This document shows positions 15,894 to 20,105 of a DNA stretch of 20,105 bases, one piece after another. Made by a program: the position numbers and the translations under genes. Each line of letters starts with the position of its first letter. Position 1 is the first letter of the stretch. The stretch comes from Clostridia bacterium (GTDB lineage Bacteria > Bacillota > Clostridia > Christensenellales > Aristaeellaceae): contig JAUNDF010000038.1 in assembly GCA_030526225.1 (NCBI GenBank), positions 1 to 20,105 on the forward strand. The letters are read 5' to 3'. The notes under the pieces were generated by a model. The model made no database searches and was not told where the DNA came from. It saw nothing but the letters and a program-made list of their open reading frames with translations.

Positions 15894-17066
15894 TTACAGG
15901 TTGGTCTGCAGGAGCTTCTTCTTCAGCTCGGTTTCCATCTGTGCCATGGTGCGCTCGGCCTCGATGCGCTTGGCGCGGCCCTGGGACTGAATGTTCATCA
16001 CTTCGTTGATGGTGTCAATCAGATCCTGATTGGTCTGCACCAGCGTCTCCATGTCAATGATGCCGCGCTCGGCTTCCTTGGCGGTCTCGATGGTGCCCAT
16101 CTTCAAGGTCTGGGCATTGCGGCGCAGCAGCTCGTTGGTCATGTCGGTTACGGCCGTCTGGGCGCGCAGAGCCTCCTGGCTGTGGTGCAGACCCAGTGCC
16201 AGCACCATCTGGTTCTTCCACAGGGGCAGGGTATTGGACAGGGTGGACTGAATGCGCTCCACCAGCAGGCTATCGTTATTCTGCAGCATGCGAATCTGCG
16301 GTGCCATCTGCATGGACACCTGACGGGTCAGCTTCAGGTCATGAAGTTTCTTTTCAAAGCGGTCGCACTGGGCAGCCAGATCATTGGCGTTCTGTGCATC
16401 CATGGCATCACCGGACTGGGCCGCACGGTCCATCATGTCCTTCAGCTCGCCGCCGCGCACCTGCTCCAGCTTCTTTTCACCGGCGATGATGTACAGCGTC
16501 AGCTGACGGAAGTAGGCGGTGTTCTGGTCATACAGCTTGTCGAACATGCTGATGTCCTTCATCAGCTGCACCTGATAGGCATCCAGAGAGGTGGCAATGC
16601 TTTCCACATTGGCATTGACGGTGCTGTAGCGGGCCTTCATGCGCTCGATGTTCTGACCGGCCTTGCTGAACAGACGCTTCAGGCCCTTGGGCTCCTCGGC
16701 ATCGGCTTCAAAGCCTTTCAGCTCGGTAACCAGCTTTTCCAGCATGCCGCCCACTTCACCGGTATCCTGTGCCTTCACAGCCTCCAGCGCCACATCGGAG
16801 AAATCGGAAATCTTCTTCTGAGCATCGGCACCGAAGAGCAGCACGTGGTCGGGGTTGGTCACATCCACCTTGACAATAAACTCATCAATGGCCTTGCGCT
16901 CGGCATCAGTCAGCATGCTGTCATCCAGCTTGGGCTTGGCCGGTGCGGGTTCGGGAGCAGGCGCTTCATTTGCAGCAGGCGCAGTCTGCTGAATGCTGCC
17001 CGCAGCGGGTGTGGAATCGGGAACCTCGGGGGTCAGGGACAGCATGGGGGTATTCAGTTCGCTCAT
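15894..17066 (-). CDS. telA: TelA/YaaN family toxic-anion-resistance protein
   Basis: 390 aa, all-helical-looking, with TelA-like segments (…FGADAQKKISDFSD…, …LVTELKGF…, …YFRQLTLYIIAGEKKL…). It has a Pro/Ala-rich N-terminal tail of about 45 aa. AGGAGGG lies 8 nt before the ATG. It sits directly downstream of an xpaC-like gene, as in Bacillus subtilis xpaC-yaaN. Stop codon TAA. Confidence 0.8.
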   Translation of the reverse strand: MSELNTPMLSLTPEVPDSTPAAGSIQQTAPAANEAPAPEPAPAKPKLDDSMLTDAERKAIDEFIVKVDVTNPDHVLLFGADAQKKISDFSDVALEAVKAQDTGEVGGMLEKLVTELKGFEADAEEPKGLKRLFSKAGQNIERMKARYSTVNANVESIATSLDAYQVQLMKDISMFDKLYDQNTAYFRQLTLYIIAGEKKLEQVRGGELKDMMDRAAQSGDAMDAQNANDLAAQCDRFEKKLHDLKLTRQVSMQMAPQIRMLQNNDSLLVERIQSTLSNTLPLWKNQMVLALGLHHSQEALRAQTAVTDMTNELLRRNAQTLKMGTIETAKEAERGIIDMETLVQTNQDLIDTINEVMNIQSQGRAKRIEAERTMAQMETELKKKLLQTNL

Positions 17067-17090
17067 GGGAATGGCCCTCCTTCACAGGGA

Positions 17091-17930
17091 TTAATTCTTC
17101 TGGAAATACTTTCTGAAATCGTACTTGTCCGCGTCGCTGTCAGGCTGTGTATTGCCCAGCACAGGCACACCGAACTGCAGCTGCTGCGCGGTGGCCGTTG
17201 TTGCGGTATTGCCCTTGCCGTCGGTGTTGAGCATGGGCGCGGCATCGGTGCCTTCACCGCCCAAAAGACCGTCCCGGCGGAGCATCTGCTCCAATACATC
17301 CATGTCCGTGGAAACATCCAGCATGGTGTCCCGGTGGAGATTGTCCAGCTCCTTCTGACAGGCGGCGATAATCAAATCAAGGCTGCGTGACAGCGTCACG
17401 CGCACCTCTGCCAAATCCGATGCGGACACGCCCCGTTCCTGCATCACCCGATAATTGTTGAGCATCTTCAGGGTGGTGGGCAGATAGTAGCTCATAAACT
17501 TGCGAATCTGCGGCTCCTTGCCCGGCTCCTCGCTGACGGTGCGGAAAATCTGCACACACTGCTGCTCCAGCTTGTCCAGCTGGCTGGTCAGCTGCAGGTC
17601 GGGGATGGCCCTGTTGGCCGCGCGAATCTGCCGGAGCATCTCCTGCCCCTTGGCAATCACGCTGTCGGCGGCTTCGTTGCCGGAAAGCGGCACCACTTCC
17701 TCCACGGGCGGCTTGTCCTGCCGGTTGTGGGTGGTGGTGTCCAGCCCCTCGCCCATAATGGAGAGCAGCTTGTAGGCACCGATGCCCAGCACCGCGCCGA
17801 TGACCAGCATGGCGATGCTGGAAAATCCGCCGAGGCCGTTAAACAGCAAAATGACAAGACCGAAGCCCACCAGACCGGAGCGGCGGCCCTTCTTTTTCCT
17901 TTCGCGTTCTTTTTCTTTTCTGGAAGCCAT
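17091..17930 (-). CDS. xpaC: XpaC-like membrane protein (5-bromo-4-chloroindolyl phosphate hydrolysis protein family)
   Basis: Basic N-terminus MASRKEKERERKKKGRRSG, then two TM segments (LVGFGLVILLF…, IAMLVIGAVLGIGAY), then a helical C-terminal domain with …FMSYYLPTTLKMLNNY…. It is paired with telA. I place the start at the ATG at 17930 (SD weak). The track start at 18032 is a TTG that runs through the promoter/hairpin region, so I reject it. Stop codon TAA. Confidence 0.65.
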   Translation of the reverse strand: MASRKEKERERKKKGRRSGLVGFGLVILLFNGLGGFSSIAMLVIGAVLGIGAYKLLSIMGEGLDTTTHNRQDKPPVEEVVPLSGNEAADSVIAKGQEMLRQIRAANRAIPDLQLTSQLDKLEQQCVQIFRTVSEEPGKEPQIRKFMSYYLPTTLKMLNNYRVMQERGVSASDLAEVRVTLSRSLDLIIAACQKELDNLHRDTMLDVSTDMDVLEQMLRRDGLLGGEGTDAAPMLNTDGKGNTATTATAQQLQFGVPVLGNTQPDSDADKYDFRKYFQKN

Positions 17931-17978
17931 ATGATAAAAACTCGCTTTCTGACATCTATTCTTGAATGTACATTCTTT

Positions 17979-18007
17979 ATTATAGCACAACCCCCTTCTT
18001 CTGAAAA
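17979..18007 (-). promoter_or_regulatory. Candidate promoter of xpaC-telA
   Basis: The minus strand reads TTTTCA-17 nt-TATAAT with an extended -10 (TGcTATAAT). The -10 is at 17979-17984. The -35 lies in the loop of the aroK-distal hairpin. Confidence 0.4.
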
Positions 18008-18027
18008 GAAGAAAGGGGCGATTTTTT
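17991..18027. terminator. Strong hairpin between aroK and xpaC; the T-tract is on the plus strand only
   Basis: CCCCCTTCTTCT-gaaa-AGAAGAAAGGGG forms a 12-bp stem (one G-U on the minus-strand transcript, an A-C mismatch on the plus strand). On the plus strand it is followed by cgATTTTTT. On the minus strand it is preceded by AAAAAA and followed by ttgtgc. Confidence 0.5.
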
Positions 18028-18047
18028 GCCAAATTGTTGAAATTGTA

Positions 18048-18542
18048 TCAGATTTGGAGTGCCTTGCGGATGGCCATGACCACCTCGAACATGGTTTTGT
18101 GGTCGGTGTCGATGGTCACATGGGCGTACTTGCGGTACAGGGGGCAGCGCTCGTTGTACAGGTCTGTGAAGGTCTGTCCGGGCTTGATGGTCACGCCCCG
18201 GGCATGCAGATCGCCCAGCCGGCGCTCCAGCTCCTCCTGCCGCACCTGCAGGTACACCACCTTGGAGATTTCCCGCAGATGGGCCATGGCCTCCTCGCCG
18301 TAAATCACACTGCCGCCGGGAGCAATGACGGAGTTTTTCAAATCAAGGGAGGCATTCACGTCGTTTTCCACCTGCCGGAAGCCGTCATCCCCCACCGCAT
18401 CCAGTATCTGGGCCAGCGTTTTGCCTGTCCGCTGGATGATGACCTTGTCCACATCCACAAAATTCATTTTCAGCGCCTTGGATAGGGAGATGCCGGTGGT
18501 GGATTTGCCGCAGCCCGGCATGCCGATGAGGGTGATGTTCAT
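18048..18542 (-). CDS. aroK: Shikimate kinase
   Basis: 164 aa with P-loop MNITLIGMPGCGKST at the N-terminus, …FVDVDKVI…, …GDDGFRQVENDV…, …VIAPGGSVIY…. This layout is typical of AroK-type kinases. GGAGG lies 8 nt before the ATG. Stop codon TGA. Confidence 0.75.
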   Translation of the reverse strand: MNITLIGMPGCGKSTTGISLSKALKMNFVDVDKVIIQRTGKTLAQILDAVGDDGFRQVENDVNASLDLKNSVIAPGGSVIYGEEAMAHLREISKVVYLQVRQEELERRLGDLHARGVTIKPGQTFTDLYNERCPLYRKYAHVTIDTDHKTMFEVVMAIRKALQI

Positions 18543-18593
18543 GGTCGATTCCTCCGGTCGGATTTATTTAGCCTATTCAGGCGGAGTATATGC

Positions 18594-18631
18594 AAAATCA
18601 GCCGGAAGCTGACGAAACAACTTCCGGCTGA
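18594..18631 (-). terminator. Rho-independent terminator after rpoC
   Basis: The minus strand reads TCAGCCGGAAG-ttgtttcgtcag-CTTCCGGCTGA (11-bp perfect stem) followed by TTTTGC, 11 nt after the stop. Confidence 0.7.
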
Positions 18632-18641
18632 GCATCAAGGA

Positions 18642-20105
18642 TTAGTAGTTCTCCTTGATTTCAATATTCTTGTAACGCTTCATGCCGGTACCGGCGGGGA
18701 TGAGCTTACCGATGATAACGTTCTCCTTCAGGCCCAGCAGCGGGTCATCCTTACCCTTGATGGCAGCCTCGGTCAGGACACGGGTGGTCTCCTGGAAGGA
18801 AGCTGCGGACAGGAAGGACTCGGTTGCCAGAGAAGCCTTGGTGATGCCCAGCAGGATGCGCTTTGCCACTGCGGGACGGCCACCGGCCATAATGGTCTTC
18901 TTGTTGGCTTCGTCGAAGTTGAAGATATCAACCAGAGAGCCGGGCAGCAGATCGGTATCGCCGCTGTCTTCCACGCGAACCTTGCGCAGCATCTGGCGGA
19001 TGATGATTTCGATGTGCTTGTCGGCCACACCTACGCCCTGCAGACGGTAGGTGGACAGAACTTCCTTCAGCAGGTAATCCTGTACAGCCTTCACGCCCAG
19101 AATGCGCAGCAGGTCATGGGGGTTGATGGAGCCTTCAATCAGCTCGTCACCGGCCTCCACGCGCTGGCCTTCCTGCACCTTCAGGCGGCTGCCGTAGGTG
19201 ATCTGGTAAGACTTCTGCTCGCGCTCTTCCTTGCCGCCCTTGCCGACGGTGTAGTCATCACCGGTGATGACCAGCTCACGCTTGCGCTTGCTCTCCTGAA
19301 TGGAGACAACGCCGCTGATTTCGGCCAGGATGGCTTCGCGCTTGGGCTTGCGGGCCTCGAACAGTTCTTCAACGCGGGGCAGACCCTGAGTAATATCCTC
19401 ACCGGAAGCGATACCGCCGGTATGGAAGGTACGCATGGTCAGCTGGGTACCGGGTTCGCCGATGGCCTGTGCGGCGATGATGCCGACAGCCTCACCGATA
19501 TCCACCTTGCCGCCGTGGGCCATGTTCATGCCGTAGCAGCGGGCGCAGACACCGTTCTCGCTGCGGCAGGTCAGCACGGAACGAACCAGTGCTTCCTTCA
19601 CGCCGCGCTTGGACAGCATGCGGGCCTTGTCGTTGTCGATGGCCTCGTTGAGCTTCACCAGCACTTCGCCGGTGGCGGGATCGCAGATATCCTCGGCAGC
19701 GGTACGGCCCATCAGACGCTCTTCGATGGTCTCGATGGACTGCTTGCCGCTCATCAGCTCCTGCACCTTGATGCCGCGAACCTTTTCACCGCGGGACTCG
19801 AAGCAGTCTTCCTCACGGACGATAACTTCCTGAGAAACGTCTACCAGACGGCGGGTCAGGTAACCGGAGTCAGCGGTACGCAGAGCGGTATCGGACAGGG
19901 ACTTACGGGAACCGTGAGAGGACATGAAGAACTCGATCACGCTCAGGCCCTCACGGAAGTTAGCACGAATGGGCAATTCAACCGTCTTACCGGAAGGAGA
20001 AGCCATCAGGCCGCGCATACCGGCCAGCTGGGATACCTGTGCGGAAGAACCGCGGGCACCGGAGTCGGTCATCATGCGGATGGGGTTGAACTTGTCCAGG
20101 TTGGG
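18642..20105 (-). CDS. rpoC: DNA-directed RNA polymerase subunit beta' (C-terminal part; gene continues past the window end)
   Basis: Highly conserved RpoC C-terminal sequence (…[14 protein letters not shown]…QLAGMRGLM…, …TFHTGGIA…, …[15 protein letters not shown]… equivalent, …[16 protein letters not shown]…). The frame stays open to position 20105. Stop codon TAA. Confidence 0.95.
   Translation of the reverse strand, partial: PNLDKFNPIRMMTDSGARGSSAQVSQLAGMRGLMASPSGKTVELPIRANFREGLSVIEFFMSSHGSRKSLSDTALRTADSGYLTRRLVDVSQEVIVREEDCFESRGEKVRGIKVQELMSGKQSIETIEERLMGRTAAEDICDPATGEVLVKLNEAIDNDKARMLSKRGVKEALVRSVLTCRSENGVCARCYGMNMAHGGKVDIGEAVGIIAAQAIGEPGTQLTMRTFHTGGIASGEDITQGLPRVEELFEARKPKREAILAEISGVVSIQESKRKRELVITGDDYTVGKGGKEEREQKSYQITYGSRLKVQEGQRVEAGDELIEGSINPHDLLRILGVKAVQDYLLKEVLSTYRLQGVGVADKHIEIIIRQMLRKVRVEDSGDTDLLPGSLVDIFNFDEANKKTIMAGGRPAVAKRILLGITKASLATESFLSAASFQETTRVLTEAAIKGKDDPLLGLKENVIIGKLIPAGTGMKRYKNIEIKENY

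Noticed and set aside
3205-18485. A series of other long shadow ORFs opposite well-supported genes: 3205..4941, 5016..6104, 6044..7066, 7284..8981, 9155..10282, 9901..11673, 12524..14371, 15858..17390, 17727..18485, plus the many 60-150 aa ORFs in the track.
   Set aside because: Each is antisense or out of frame to a gene with clear family motifs. Their compositions are biased low-complexity (Gly/Ala/His/Arg/Pro-rich). None has an SD-plus-start arrangement.
1-20105. A mobile element, prophage, CRISPR array or defence island somewhere in the window.
   Set aside because: I saw no integrase, transposase, recombinase, terminal inverted or direct repeats, repeat-spacer array, or defence-type domains. 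Gene content is housekeeping and composition looks uniform apart from the short AT-rich promoter regions.

Overview
GC-rich chromosomal core region that looks Firmicutes/Clostridia-like. An Oscillospiraceae-type origin is inferred only from gene content and protein sequences. Nearly everything is on the minus strand. In minus-strand transcription order (high to low coordinates) the window holds: the 3' end of rpoC; aroK; an xpaC-telA pair; coaE; a membrane-anchored lytic transglycosylase; an orphan family-5 solute-binding protein; a secreted ComEC-type MBL hydrolase; fhs; an SRAP (YedK/HMCES-like) protein; an oppBCDFA-type peptide ABC transporter operon; and a 4-gene tRNA operon (Pro-Glu-CAU-Asp) with a near-consensus promoter. 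Only nadE and pepF are on the plus strand. Most genes have a visible Shine-Dalgarno sequence, and most transcription units end in a clear hairpin. I see no CRISPR array, transposase, integrase, phage gene or recognisable defence gene, so this reads as housekeeping DNA rather than an accessory island. The most unusual signal is two in-frame TAG codons in neighbouring exported-protein genes. One splits the MBL hydrolase inside its fold. The other sits between a well-supported ATG and the body of the transglycosylase gene. None of the other 16 CDS ends seen here uses TAG (10 TAA, 6 TGA). This could be two nonsense lesions, assembly errors, or TAG suppression/recoding, and the window alone cannot decide. 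Lesser observations: an 83-nt gene overlap, an 11-mer shared by two promoter regions, a CCA-less Ile2-like tRNA(CAU), and Cys-rich OppD/OppF tails.
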